Shown piece after piece: positions 38,668 to 48,114 of a DNA stretch of 64,000 bases. The DNA comes from Akkermansiaceae bacterium. Its GTDB lineage: Bacteria; Verrucomicrobiota; Verrucomicrobiia; Verrucomicrobiales; Akkermansiaceae. Location: NCBI GenBank assembly GCA_051251915.1, contig JBPOGF010000003.1, positions 160,001 through 224,000 of the forward strand, read 5' to 3'. The position numbers and the translations under genes are program-made. The notes below the pieces were generated by a model, which ran no database searches, was not told where the DNA came from, and was given only the letters and a program-made list of their open reading frames with translations. How positions within the stretch are numbered: position 1 is the first letter of the stretch; every line of letters starts with the position of its first letter.

Positions 38668-39588
38668 ATGTCTAAAAAAATACCGTTAACTCTAGCTACC
38701 GCATCAGCGATGATGGCGATTCCATTCCTTGGTCTTACATCATGTGACTCTGGCCCAGTAGATACGGGTGGGGCAAGCTCCTTTGATCTAGGTAATAGAT
38801 ACGACGAAGAAACGCTAACGGCTAACGCCGGGGCTGTAGTTGAGATGCCGCAGTTTCTCCTTGAAGGTGATGCTTTTACGCATGATGTGATTGTCTCAGA
38901 CTTGTTTATTGGAGATCTTACAGAATACGGTCTAGGTTTCCAAGCTGGTGATGATCCAATAATAGTGGATAGTGCTGGTCAGATTTCTAATGCTGAAGGT
39001 GACAGCTTAACGCCAAATGTGGACTACATTTATGAGCCTGACACTGGTTCATTCCGTCTCTCTGAGCAGAACTCATTTCAAGCAAATTTAGGAGCTGAAG
39101 CGATACGAAATACTTTCGAAGAAAAAATGGAAGAAATCGAGGCAGTGCCATTTGCTCAGATCGGCTCACTTGCTCAAGCTATAGCAGGAAACTTTACTAG
39201 TGAAGAGGCTGCGCGAATTTACGAAGTGGCTATTGAGTCTATAGGTCTTATAGCCTCTGATGGAGGGACACTTTCTTTTGCAACATTTGGTGGTGAAATT
39301 GTTACCGATACAACAGTACGCATTTTTAGAAATATCACATATACGCCAACTTCAACAAACAGCACACTCTTGGAGACAGGCCAGATCTCAGGAACTGTAA
39401 CAATCACTGATTCTATTATCAATATCCGTGTGTTACTTCCTCATGATGGAAGAGGGCGCGTGCTAGCGCTCGAGCCAAGTGGAGCCACAAGCGTGAACGG
39501 TGTGATTGTTGATTACAGTGGTATTATCACTAATACTGTTAGCCACTTTGGCACATTCACTCTGGATCTGGGGCAAGATGCATTTTAA
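38668..39588 (+). CDS. Acidic hypothetical lipoprotein
   Basis: Signal peptide with LGLTSC lipobox; D/E/S/T-rich. Confidence 0.75.
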   Translation: MSKKIPLTLATASAMMAIPFLGLTSCDSGPVDTGGASSFDLGNRYDEETLTANAGAVVEMPQFLLEGDAFTHDVIVSDLFIGDLTEYGLGFQAGDDPIIVDSAGQISNAEGDSLTPNVDYIYEPDTGSFRLSEQNSFQANLGAEAIRNTFEEKMEEIEAVPFAQIGSLAQAIAGNFTSEEAARIYEVAIESIGLIASDGGTLSFATFGGEIVTDTTVRIFRNITYTPTSTNSTLLETGQISGTVTITDSIINIRVLLPHDGRGRVLALEPSGATSVNGVIVDYSGIITNTVSHFGTFTLDLGQDAF

Positions 39589-39635
39589 TCATTAGTCTTT
39601 CATTTTCCACTCAATTTTAAATTATTTAAACTATT

Positions 39636-40394
39636 ATGAATTCATTCTCTAAATTAAAATCCTCATTGTTGTTGCTGACTTCTTTCTGTTTCATTAGCTG
39701 CGATAGCTCCACACCACTCGAGTTTGGGGGCTCCACGGTATCCGAGAGATCCCCTTCAGATGAAACGGTCGTTAATGGTGAGCTTTTCACTTTTGAAGAT
39801 ACGTTAAATCCAGCAGATGGGCAGTTTCTAGATACTCTACGTGTTACGGCTGACAATGTTGCTACAGTGGGAGATATTAATTACAACTATGCATCAACTG
39901 GTATATACACAGCAACTATTACAGCTGATGTTCCTACAGAAGAATCTCTAGATAAGGCTGTAACTCAAATTTTCTCTACTGATAATGCATCAAACACAGA
40001 AGTAAGAACACTTCTTTTAGTAACTGATGTTACGGCAGATGCTCCTACGCTTACTGATGATGAGATGGATAGGCTTGTAGAGCTTCTCAATGTAACAAGT
40101 GCTGGTGTGTCACGTAATCCTAGCGATACCTCACAAATAGTTGTAACACCAAACCGTGTGTATTCAATGACATTTACTTCGTCACAGGCTGAAAGAGCAT
40201 CTGGTATTGCGGCTGGTAGATATTCTTTAGAAGCGAGGTCTCAAGTAGTGGCATTTAGTATTACTACACTTACAGATGGAGAAGGAAATAGCTTTCAGTT
40301 CTACATACCCACACTCACTCAAGAACTGCTAGATACTGAGACTTTTGAGCGAGGAACATTCACGCTTCAGTTGAAAAACTCACTTGGATTTTAA
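39636..40394 (+). CDS. Acidic hypothetical lipoprotein, probable paralogue of the upstream gene
   Basis: FISC lipobox; CDS.P...GG N-terminus and GTFTL.L C-terminus shared with neighbour. Confidence 0.75.
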   Translation: MNSFSKLKSSLLLLTSFCFISCDSSTPLEFGGSTVSERSPSDETVVNGELFTFEDTLNPADGQFLDTLRVTADNVATVGDINYNYASTGIYTATITADVPTEESLDKAVTQIFSTDNASNTEVRTLLLVTDVTADAPTLTDDEMDRLVELLNVTSAGVSRNPSDTSQIVVTPNRVYSMTFTSSQAERASGIAAGRYSLEARSQVVAFSITTLTDGEGNSFQFYIPTLTQELLDTETFERGTFTLQLKNSLGF

Positions 40395-40430
40395 TTGAGT
40401 GCTTTTAGCTAAAAGATAATCATTTTATAG

Positions 40431-40462
40431 ACGCCTTGCAGCTTATGTTGTGAGGCGTTTTT
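40431..40462 (+). terminator. Intrinsic terminator
   Basis: ACGCCTTGCAGC ttat GTTGTGAGGCGT TTTT. Confidence 0.75.
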
Positions 40463-40492
40463 GTATGTGTTCAGAACCAATTCCAATAGTCT

Positions 40493-40611
40493 GTTTGGCG
40501 ATCTTAGGATAAGAATTTCCAACCTCTATGTTGCTTTTTCGACCGAGATACCCACATCACAGTCTCATGGCGCCTTGATCTAGGAATTTCTTCTGCCGAA
40601 TCTAACCGAGC
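40493..40611. repeat. Degenerate palindromic element (REP/MITE-like)
   Basis: GTTTGGCGATCTTAGGATAAGAATTTCC imperfectly matches the reverse complement of GGAATTTCTTCTGCCGAATCTAACCGAGC. Confidence 0.4.
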
Positions 40612-40741
40612 GAGCTTTTGGAAAAGGGTCTAACTAGCGTTGAGCAGGATGTCGGCCTTGGTAATGTTTGGTCTCTTGTGAAATGTGGCTTTAGCTGACA
40701 GAGAGAGGGGTAGGAGGGGTGGTGTTCTGAGGTGAGGTTTT

Positions 40742-41362
40742 TTAGCCTAAGAGGTTCAGCATGGTTTTCACTTTGTCCATGTTTTTGATGCCAGGAGATA
40801 TCTCTGCTCCGGATGCTACGTCGATCATGTAAGGGTTGATGGAGGCGGCTTCGGCAATGTTTTGGGTGGTGATGCCGCCTGCGATGATGACTTTGAAATC
40901 TGGGTGGTGTTTAATGTAGTTGCTAGCAAGGTTCCAGTCGAAGCGTTTGCCGGCTCCTCCGTATCCTGAGACATATGTGTCGAGTAGAATTTGGTTTCCG
41001 GCTGACTCTGGTGTGTGGATGGTGTTGTCTTCTGGTTGGACTCTGATGACCTTGATGAAGTTCAGGTTGCTATTTATTAGCTCTTCACAGTATGCGATGT
41101 TTTCATTGCCATGAAGCTGTGCTGCGTCAATTAATCCGTCTTGCATGATCTGTTTCACGGTTGAAATGTCTTCGTCTACGAAGACTCCGATACGTTGGAT
41201 TTTGCCTTGGACTGAGTCTAGAAATGGTCGTGCCTTTTGGGGGTTTATGTAGCGTTTGGATTTGTTCCAGAAGTTGACGCCCAGTGCATGTACTCCTATG
41301 TCTACTAGGTTGTGGGCATCTTCGGTGGTGGTGACGCCGCATATTTTAAGTTTGCTTTTCAT
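40742..41362 (-). CDS. trpF: Phosphoribosylanthranilate isomerase
   Basis: KICG, SKRYI, QLHG.E, LLDT....YGG.G..FDW, AGGI...N, DVASG.E..PG.K. Confidence 0.95.
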   Translation of the reverse strand: MKSKLKICGVTTTEDAHNLVDIGVHALGVNFWNKSKRYINPQKARPFLDSVQGKIQRIGVFVDEDISTVKQIMQDGLIDAAQLHGNENIAYCEELINSNLNFIKVIRVQPEDNTIHTPESAGNQILLDTYVSGYGGAGKRFDWNLASNYIKHHPDFKVIIAGGITTQNIAEAASINPYMIDVASGAEISPGIKNMDKVKTMLNLLG

Positions 41363-41415
41363 GGGTGTGAGACTAGCTGTGTTTGATTGGATAAAAAGAA
41401 ATCATTGTGCTGAGG

Positions 41416-42390
41416 TTACAAGATCAGCATGCAGTCTCCGTATGAGTAGAATCTGTATTTCTCGGTGACTGCTTGTTTGTAGGCTTCTAGGATGAGTTCT
41501 TTTCCGGCGAAGGCGCTGACGAGCATGATGAGGGTGCTCATGGGGAGGTGGAAGTTGGTGAGTAGTCTGTCTACGATTTTGAATTCAAAGCCTGGGTAGA
41601 TGAAGATGTCTGTGGCGCCAGAGCATTCTGTGAGTTGGGGGTTTTCACGGCCGAGGCTTTCTAGGACTCTGGTGACTGTGGTGCCGACGGCGGTAACTTT
41701 TGGTGCGTTGTTTATTTTGCTGGCGACGGTGTTGGAGAGGGAGTATTTTTCTGAGTGCATCTCGTGGTCGAGGATGTTTTCTGCTTTTACTGGTCTGAAG
41801 GTGCCGACTCCTACGTGGAGGGTGAGGAAGTCATGGTTGAGCTTGGCGAGCATTTCTGGGGTGAAGTGGAGTCCAGCGGTTGGGGCTGCGATGGCGCCTT
41901 CTTCACGGGCGAATGTGGTTTGGTAGCGGTCTAGGTCTGTGTTGTCACTGTCTCTGCCCATGTAGTGTGGGAGTGCGAGTGAGCCGTGCTGGTGGATGTC
42001 TAGGGGTTGGTTCCATTTGATGAGGCGGTTGCCATTTTCTTGGATGGCGGTGACGGTGCCGATGGTGTTACCTATTTCGATGGTGCGGCCGACTTTCATT
42101 TTTTTTCCTGGTCTGACCATGCAGTCCCATTCTGTGTCGCTGATGCGGTCTGTGACGACGATTTCTATGGTGCCGTCATTTGAGAAGAGTCTGGCTGGGA
42201 TGACTTTGGTGTCATTGAGGATGAGGAGGTCATCTGGCTGCATGTATTCTGGGAAGTCTGAGAACATGCGGTGTTCTATTTTGCCGGTGTCTCTGTGGAC
42301 TACGATCATGCGGGAGGCTGATCTGTCGTCGAGTGGTCTGCTGGCGATGAGTTCTTCAGGGAGGTGAAAGTCGAAGTCTTTTGTGAGCAT
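41416..42390 (-). CDS. queA: S-adenosylmethionine:tRNA ribosyltransferase-isomerase
   Basis: DFDFHLPEELIA, NDTKVIPAR, RYQT.FA..EGAIAAPTAGLHF, LHVG.GTF.P, TNFHLP, YRFYSYGD. Confidence 0.97.
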   Translation of the reverse strand: MLTKDFDFHLPEELIASRPLDDRSASRMIVVHRDTGKIEHRMFSDFPEYMQPDDLLILNDTKVIPARLFSNDGTIEIVVTDRISDTEWDCMVRPGKKMKVGRTIEIGNTIGTVTAIQENGNRLIKWNQPLDIHQHGSLALPHYMGRDSDNTDLDRYQTTFAREEGAIAAPTAGLHFTPEMLAKLNHDFLTLHVGVGTFRPVKAENILDHEMHSEKYSLSNTVASKINNAPKVTAVGTTVTRVLESLGRENPQLTECSGATDIFIYPGFEFKIVDRLLTNFHLPMSTLIMLVSAFAGKELILEAYKQAVTEKYRFYSYGDCMLIL

Positions 42391-42431
42391 TGAGTTGTTG
42401 GGTGTGCTTTGTGTGAGGGGAGGGGGAGCGG

Positions 42432-43823
42432 CTAGCATTCTACGACGTTGACTGCTAGGCCGCCGCGTGATGTTTCTTTGTATTTGTCCTGCATGTCTTT
42501 GCCTGTGTCCCACATGGTTTTGATGACTTTGTCTAGGGATACGAAGTGTGAGCCGTCGGTGTTGAGTGCCATTCTTGATGCGCTGATGGCTTTGATGGAT
42601 CCCATGGCGTTGCGCTCGATGCAGGGGATCTGGACGAGGCCTCCGATGGGGTCACAGGTGAGGCCAAGGTTGTGTTCCATGCCGATTTCTGCGGCGGATT
42701 CGACTTGAGCGGGTGTTCCGCCGAGGTATTCTGTGAGTGCTCCTGCTGCCATTGAGCAGGCGACGCCGACTTCTCCTTGGCATCCGACGTCTGCTCCTGA
42801 GATGGAGGCATTTTTTTTGTAGAGGACTGCGATGGCGGCGGCGGTGAGGAGGAAGCGGTGCACTCCGTCTTTGTGTGGGGTGGATGCGAAGCGTGTGGCG
42901 TAGTGTAGGACTGCGGGGATGATGCCTGCGGCGCCGTTAGTGGGGGCGGTGACTACTCTGCCTCCGGCGGCGTTTTCTTCGTTGACTGCGAGGGCGTAGA
43001 GGCCAACCCAGTCTAGGATGGATAGGGGGTCTGCGAGTAGGGCTTCACCGCGCTGGAGGAGTTGTTGGTGGAGGGTGTGAGCTCTTCGTTTCACTTTGAG
43101 TCCGCCGGGGAGTATGCCGGTGTTTGAGATGCCATTTTTGACGCATTGCTGCATGGTTTCCCAGATTTTATCTAGCATTCTGCGAGTTTCTTTTTCTGGG
43201 CGTAGTGCGTTCTCGTTGGCTAGCATGAGCTCGGAGATGGAGCAGTGCATGCCTTGGCATTGTTCTAGGAGGTCATCTCCGTGGTCGAATGGGTGGGGGC
43301 AGTTGATGATGACGCTTTGGTGTGGTGCGGGTGCTTTTAGTTCTGCTTCTGTGGAGATGAATCCGCCACCGAGTGAGTAGTAGATTTCTTCGTGGATGAT
43401 GTTTCCCTCTTTGTCTGTGGCGAGGAAGTGCATGCCGTTGGGGTGGAGGGGGAGTGGCTGGAGGCGCTGGTAGTCTATGTGTTCTTTTTCAGTGAAATAG
43501 ATGTTTGAGCCGCCAGTTTCACTTGGGATGTGGAGTTGTTTTGTTTCTTTTAGGGTGGCGAGACGGCTGTCCATGGATGAGACGTCGATGGTGTCTGGCA
43601 TTTCGCCCATGAAGCCAAAGATGAGTGCTGTGCCGGTGCCGTGGCCTTTACCAGTGGCGGCGAGTGAGCCGTAGAGGTCACATCTAACTGAGCTGAGTGA
43701 GTTGAAGTTAGGGTGAGCTGCTAGCTGGTGGGTGAATGCGCATGCAGCTTTCATCGGGCCCACGGTGTGGGAGGAAGATGGGCCGATGCCTATGCTGAAT
43801 AGATCTAGGATAGAAATGTGCAC
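42432..43823 (-). CDS. sdaA: L-serine ammonia-lyase (Fe-S)
   Basis: [62 protein letters not shown]. Confidence 0.96.
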   Translation of the reverse strand: MHISILDLFSIGIGPSSSHTVGPMKAACAFTHQLAAHPNFNSLSSVRCDLYGSLAATGKGHGTGTALIFGFMGEMPDTIDVSSMDSRLATLKETKQLHIPSETGGSNIYFTEKEHIDYQRLQPLPLHPNGMHFLATDKEGNIIHEEIYYSLGGGFISTEAELKAPAPHQSVIINCPHPFDHGDDLLEQCQGMHCSISELMLANENALRPEKETRRMLDKIWETMQQCVKNGISNTGILPGGLKVKRRAHTLHQQLLQRGEALLADPLSILDWVGLYALAVNEENAAGGRVVTAPTNGAAGIIPAVLHYATRFASTPHKDGVHRFLLTAAAIAVLYKKNASISGADVGCQGEVGVACSMAAGALTEYLGGTPAQVESAAEIGMEHNLGLTCDPIGGLVQIPCIERNAMGSIKAISASRMALNTDGSHFVSLDKVIKTMWDTGKDMQDKYKETSRGGLAVNVVEC

Positions 43824-43849
43824 ACGCTATGAGTGTTAGAGGGCTGGTG

Positions 43850-44230
43850 TTATTTGAGTGGGAGGATTTCCACTTCGTAGCCATCTGGGTCGGTGATGAA
43901 TGCCATTTGGCGGTTTTCTGGGTTGGCGAATTTTTCTCTCCAGTCTTCTGGCCAGATTTCGATGCCGTCATTCTCAAGCTGATCACAGTATGCGATGACG
44001 TCTGGGACGCCTACGCAGGTGTGCATGAGGTCTTCTGGGACAGCTACTTTGTATTCTGGTGAGTGTGTGAGCTCGAGGAAGTGCTCGGAGTCTGGGAGGT
44101 GCATGAAGACGAGTTGGTTACCTTGTGGTGATGTCTTCTGCTGGCCTAGTGTGAAGCCTACTTTGGTGTAGAAGTCGACTGATGCTTTAGGGTCTGCGAC
44201 GCGGATGCGGGTGTGTAGGAATTTGATCAT
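43850..44230 (-). CDS. VOC/glyoxalase (lactoylglutathione lyase-like) protein
   Basis: FLHTRIRV.D...S..FY, LELT, AFITDPDGYEVEI. Confidence 0.88.
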   Translation of the reverse strand: MIKFLHTRIRVADPKASVDFYTKVGFTLGQQKTSPQGNQLVFMHLPDSEHFLELTHSPEYKVAVPEDLMHTCVGVPDVIAYCDQLENDGIEIWPEDWREKFANPENRQMAFITDPDGYEVEILPLK

Positions 44231-44260
44231 GATGTTGGTATGATTGTTGGTATTAGTGGA

Positions 44261-44560
44261 TTATTCTTCGGTGATGATACGGTAGGTGTCTTTGGTCTTG
44301 CGGATGATGAATAGGTCATCTTCGATGGCGGGATCCCAGCCGTTTTCGAGTGCGAAGTCAATGATTCCTTCAAGCCATCTGAGGTCGAATACTTTTGGGA
44401 CTTGGGCGACGAGCATTTGTCCGTCGACGACTTCGTTGTATACGACTCTGACTTCGGTTCCTTTAGGGGTTGCGTATGCGATCCAGCGGTATTGGATGTC
44501 GTCTAGGCAGATGATTTTACTGCCTTTTTTTTGGATTGGTGGGCGTGCTTGTTTGGCCAT
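44261..44560 (-). CDS. Hypothetical protein
   Basis: 99-aa ORF in a co-oriented run; YRW...I..AL..GW.P. Confidence 0.65.
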   Translation of the reverse strand: MAKQARPPIQKKGSKIICLDDIQYRWIAYATPKGTEVRVVYNEVVDGQMLVAQVPKVFDLRWLEGIIDFALENGWDPAIEDDLFIIRKTKDTYRIITEE

Positions 44561-44595
44561 GGTTGTTGAGTGGTTTGGTTTGTTTGTAGGGGAGG

Positions 44596-45489
44596 TTAGA
44601 GTGAGATCCAGAGGCTCTTGAGGTAGGATTCGCCTAGGTATTCTTCAGGCATATCAAGTGCGTTGATTGACTTATAGCTAGCTAGGCCGCGCTTGACGAG
44701 GACATTGAAGCCTTCGGGGGTAAGTTTTCTGCAGTTGGTGGATGCTAGTATCCATCCTCCTGGGGAGATGCAGGCTGCGGCTAGGGCGATGAGTTGGTCG
44801 TAGTGTGCTTCTACGGTGAAGACTTTGCCTTTATCGTCGCGTGAGAATGTGGGTGGGTCTAGGATGATACCGTTGAATTTGCGGCCTTGTTTGGCGAAGC
44901 GTTTGAGCCAGTGGAAGGTGTCTCCTTTGCAGAAGTAGTGTTGTGCTGGGTCTAGGTTGTTAGCCTGCATGTTTTGTTTGGCCCAGTCTAGGTAGGGCTG
45001 GGAGAGGTCTAGGGTAGTGGTGGTGGCACCGGCGAGTGCTGCGCAGACGGAGAAGGCTCCGGTGTAGGCGAAGGTGTTGAGGATGGTGTCGCCTGGCTTG
45101 GTGGCTTGGCGGACGCGGACGCGGTTGTCACGTTGGTCTAGGAAGATGCCTTGGGAGTAGCCGGACTGGAATGAGATCTGGTAGTTTACTCCGGATTCTT
45201 TGGCGATGAATGGTTTGTCTTGTGTTGGGCCGCAGAGGTGGGAGGGGTCGTCTTTTTGGTGTTGGTCTAGGCGTTTCCAGTAGACGGTTTTGCTGGAGGA
45301 TTTGAGGAACATTTCTAGGTCGCGGGGGAGGCGGTTTTCGCGGGTGGAGATGATCCATTTGTCTGCGAAGGTTTCTAGGAAGGTGTCTTTTAATCCGTCA
45401 CCGAAGCCGTCGAATAGGCGTAGCGCATTGGTTTCTGTGTTGAGGAGGTGTTTGCGCTTGGAGATGGCGGTGTTGAAGAGATTTTCCAT
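44596..45489 (-). CDS. Class I SAM-dependent rRNA methyltransferase (RlmI/RlmK-like)
   Basis: GIFLDQRDNR, LN.FAYTG.FS, DLS..YL.WA..N, ILDPPTFS. Confidence 0.88.
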   Translation of the reverse strand: MENLFNTAISKRKHLLNTETNALRLFDGFGDGLKDTFLETFADKWIISTRENRLPRDLEMFLKSSSKTVYWKRLDQHQKDDPSHLCGPTQDKPFIAKESGVNYQISFQSGYSQGIFLDQRDNRVRVRQATKPGDTILNTFAYTGAFSVCAALAGATTTTLDLSQPYLDWAKQNMQANNLDPAQHYFCKGDTFHWLKRFAKQGRKFNGIILDPPTFSRDDKGKVFTVEAHYDQLIALAAACISPGGWILASTNCRKLTPEGFNVLVKRGLASYKSINALDMPEEYLGESYLKSLWISL

Positions 45490-45642
45490 GATGAGTGATG
45501 CTGGGCAGGGTTTTAGCGTCAATTTGCTGAGAATTGAAATAAAAAAGTAGGTTGGGTGATCTCATTCTATATTTGTTGTGATGTGGGGTAATGGTTTGGA
45601 TTGGTTAACAAGAAGGTGTTAGAGTATGGTGATGCTATGTTA

Positions 45643-46560
45643 TTAGGGCTTCTGGAAGACTCGGATATAGTCGATTTCGTATCGTTGGGGGAAGGTGGTT
45701 TTGGAGGGGTCTCCTCCTTTGTCTCCGCCGATGGCCATGTTTACGCGGAAGGCTTGAGGGCTGTTGAAGGGATTGATGGCTTGGCCGTGTTCATTGATTG
45801 GGGTTTTCATGTCGATGTCATTGAGGAGTTTGCCGTCGAGGTAGATGGAAATCTTGTCTTTGGTCCATTCTAGGACCCATGTGTGGAAGGAGTTGTTCCA
45901 CTGTTTCTCATCGAATTCTTCCATTTTATGGAAGGCTGTGTCCCATTTGGCTTTTCCTCTGGGGCCGGCCCAGCAGAAGTTGGCGAGGATGCCGTGGTTG
46001 TAGTATTCCATGATGTCAATCTCACCGGATAGAGGCCAGCGGTTGTTGGTGCCGGTGGTCCAGAGTGCGGGCCAGAGACCTGTGAGGGCTGGGAATTTGG
46101 CACGAATTTCCATGCGGCCGTAGGTCCACTGGTGCTTGCCTATGGTGGTGAGTGATGCTGAGGTGTAGTTGGCTTGGGGTCTGTTTACTTTCCAGTTTTG
46201 CGCTCCGTTTTTATAGTTTGGGTTGGTGACTGTTTCGCGACGGGCTTCGATGATGAGCATGCCGTTTTTACAGGTGGCATTTTCTTTTTGATACCATTGA
46301 AATTCATTATTTCTGGTGAAGCCTTTTTCAAAATTCCAGTTGGCTTCGTTTGGCGCGCCATCGGTGTTGAATTCATCTGACCAGACTAGTTTGTAGGAAG
46401 GGTCTCGGGGTGGCGTGATGTCGTCGGTTTTTTTGTTGGGCTGCACGGCGTTGGGCTGGGCAATAGCTGTGGAGTTGCTGATGCAACTAACGATGATTCC
46501 GATCATGGTTAGATAGCGGAGTCTGCTAGAGGGGCGTGAGTTTGTGTGACTGTTGTTCAT
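45643..46560 (-). CDS. Glycoside hydrolase family 16 (beta-glucanase-like), secreted
   Basis: LVWSDEF, YTSAS, G.WPA.W, catalytic GEIDIME, IDYIRV. Confidence 0.92.
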   Translation of the reverse strand: MNNSHTNSRPSSRLRYLTMIGIIVSCISNSTAIAQPNAVQPNKKTDDITPPRDPSYKLVWSDEFNTDGAPNEANWNFEKGFTRNNEFQWYQKENATCKNGMLIIEARRETVTNPNYKNGAQNWKVNRPQANYTSASLTTIGKHQWTYGRMEIRAKFPALTGLWPALWTTGTNNRWPLSGEIDIMEYYNHGILANFCWAGPRGKAKWDTAFHKMEEFDEKQWNNSFHTWVLEWTKDKISIYLDGKLLNDIDMKTPINEHGQAINPFNSPQAFRVNMAIGGDKGGDPSKTTFPQRYEIDYIRVFQKP

Positions 46561-46744
46561 GGTGTTAGTATTTTGTAGATAGAATGCGAGCGATGATTCG
46601 ATACTCAGTCTTACGTTTGTTGGGTGTGGAGCCTTTCGCCTAAATTATCGCTAGCCAGACGTGTTGTTATTATTTCAACAAGTCAGGCCCTGCTGATTTA
46701 GGGGTGGTAGGTAGAGAGGGTGGGTAGCTTTAAGATAAGCTATT

Positions 46745-46901
46745 AAAACGCAATGGCTGGCAGGGAGGGATCTTCTTTGTTCCTCTCAGGATCTGTGGAT
46801 TGGAATTTGCTTCTCCGGAAATTCTTTATTGGGATTATTTTGTTCGCTGCGCCATACAAAATGGAGCAGTCGAACTGTGTTCTCATCCCACGAAGCGTTT
46901 T
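46745..46901 (-). repeat. Split duplicate of the tRNA-Ser 3' end
   Basis: TGGCTGGCAGGGAGGGAT (46754-46771) matches tRNA TGGCGGGCAGGGAGGGAT at 17/18; TCGAAC resumes at 46870; AAAACGC/GCGTTTT flanks. Confidence 0.65.
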
Positions 46902-46943
46902 AGAATAATAGGTGGATACTTAGCATTAAGTATTTAAGAAAAA

Positions 46944-47033
46944 TGGCGGGCAGGGAGGGATTCGAACCCTCGGAGACATTGCTGCCTCACAAGCTTTCCA
47001 GGCGTGCGCATTCGACCACTCTGCCACCTGCCC
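46944..47033 (-). tRNA. tRNA-Ser(GGA)
   Basis: GGGCAGG/CCTGCCC acceptor stem, G73 and encoded CCA, long variable arm, GTTCGAATC T-loop, anticodon loop CT-GGA-AA. Confidence 0.95.
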
Positions 47034-47148
47034 GCTTGCAAGTTCATCGGTAATCGTCGAACGAGTGGGAAGCTAGACAGGATGTGGGCTGCTGGCAATT
47101 CTTTTTTTTTCAGCTTGTGAGTTGGGGGTAGTTGTTGATAGTGCGGGC

Positions 47149-48096
47149 ATGTTACCAATTACGTTTATTGCAATCTATCAAGAGAGAGTTTGGGGTGGGA
47201 GAGAGTTGGAGAATTTTTATGGACGTGTGCTTCCGTGTGAGAGGGTGCCGTATGGTGAGTCTTGGGAAATTTCTGACCGGGAGGAGGCTCAGTCGGTGGT
47301 GAGTGATGAGGGAGGAGAGTATCAGGGGAAGTCGCTGAATGAATTGTGGAGTGATGAGGTGACTAGGGGTAAGGTTTTTGGTGATGGGTTGGTGGGGGAT
47401 CGGTTTCCGTTGTTGATTAAGATTTTGGATTGTAGGGAGGATTTATCGGTTCAGGTGCATCCTCCGACTGAGTTGGCTGAGGAGTTGGGGGGGGAGGCGA
47501 AGACTGAGATGTGGTATATAGCGGGAGTTGATGAGGGGGCTAAACTTTATGTTGGCTTGAAGGAGGGAGTGACGAAGGAGAGATTTGAGCAAGCGCTTGT
47601 GGATGGTGATGTGGAGGAGCAGATTCATGCGATAGAGGCGAAGGCGGGTGAGAGTATTTTTATTCCTTCTGGGAGGCTGCATGCGATTGGGGCTGGTCAT
47701 TTGATCTATGAGGTGCAGCAGAACTCGGATACGACGTATCGGGTGTTTGACTGGAATAGAATGGGGCTGGATGGGGTTCCGCGTGAGCTGCATGTGGAGG
47801 AGAGTATGCGGTGTATTGATTTTGATGATGTGGAGCCAGAGATGGATGTGGCTTTTGAATCATGTATCGCTAGTTGTGAGTATTTCAATGTGGACAAGTT
47901 TGAATTGTCTAGTGGAGATGTGGTGGGGAACCCTGATTGTGAGAGGTTTTCTATTGTGACGGTGGTGAGTGGTGAGGTGGTGGATGCTGAGGGGAAGCCT
48001 TATGTGGCGGGTGATTTTATGATCTTGCCGAGGGGGTCGAGTGATTTACGGGTTAGTGCGGAGGCGGTGATTTTACAAACTACGATTCCGAGGTGA
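47149..48096 (+). CDS. manA: Mannose-6-phosphate isomerase, type I (cupin)
   Basis: VWGG, GESWE, FPLLIKILD...LSVQVHP, KTEMWY, G.LHAIG, EVQQNSDTTYR..DW.R. Confidence 0.9.
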   Translation: MLPITFIAIYQERVWGGRELENFYGRVLPCERVPYGESWEISDREEAQSVVSDEGGEYQGKSLNELWSDEVTRGKVFGDGLVGDRFPLLIKILDCREDLSVQVHPPTELAEELGGEAKTEMWYIAGVDEGAKLYVGLKEGVTKERFEQALVDGDVEEQIHAIEAKAGESIFIPSGRLHAIGAGHLIYEVQQNSDTTYRVFDWNRMGLDGVPRELHVEESMRCIDFDDVEPEMDVAFESCIASCEYFNVDKFELSSGDVVGNPDCERFSIVTVVSGEVVDAEGKPYVAGDFMILPRGSSDLRVSAEAVILQTTIPR

Positions 48097-48114
48097 TTAT
48101 TAATTAGATTAGTT

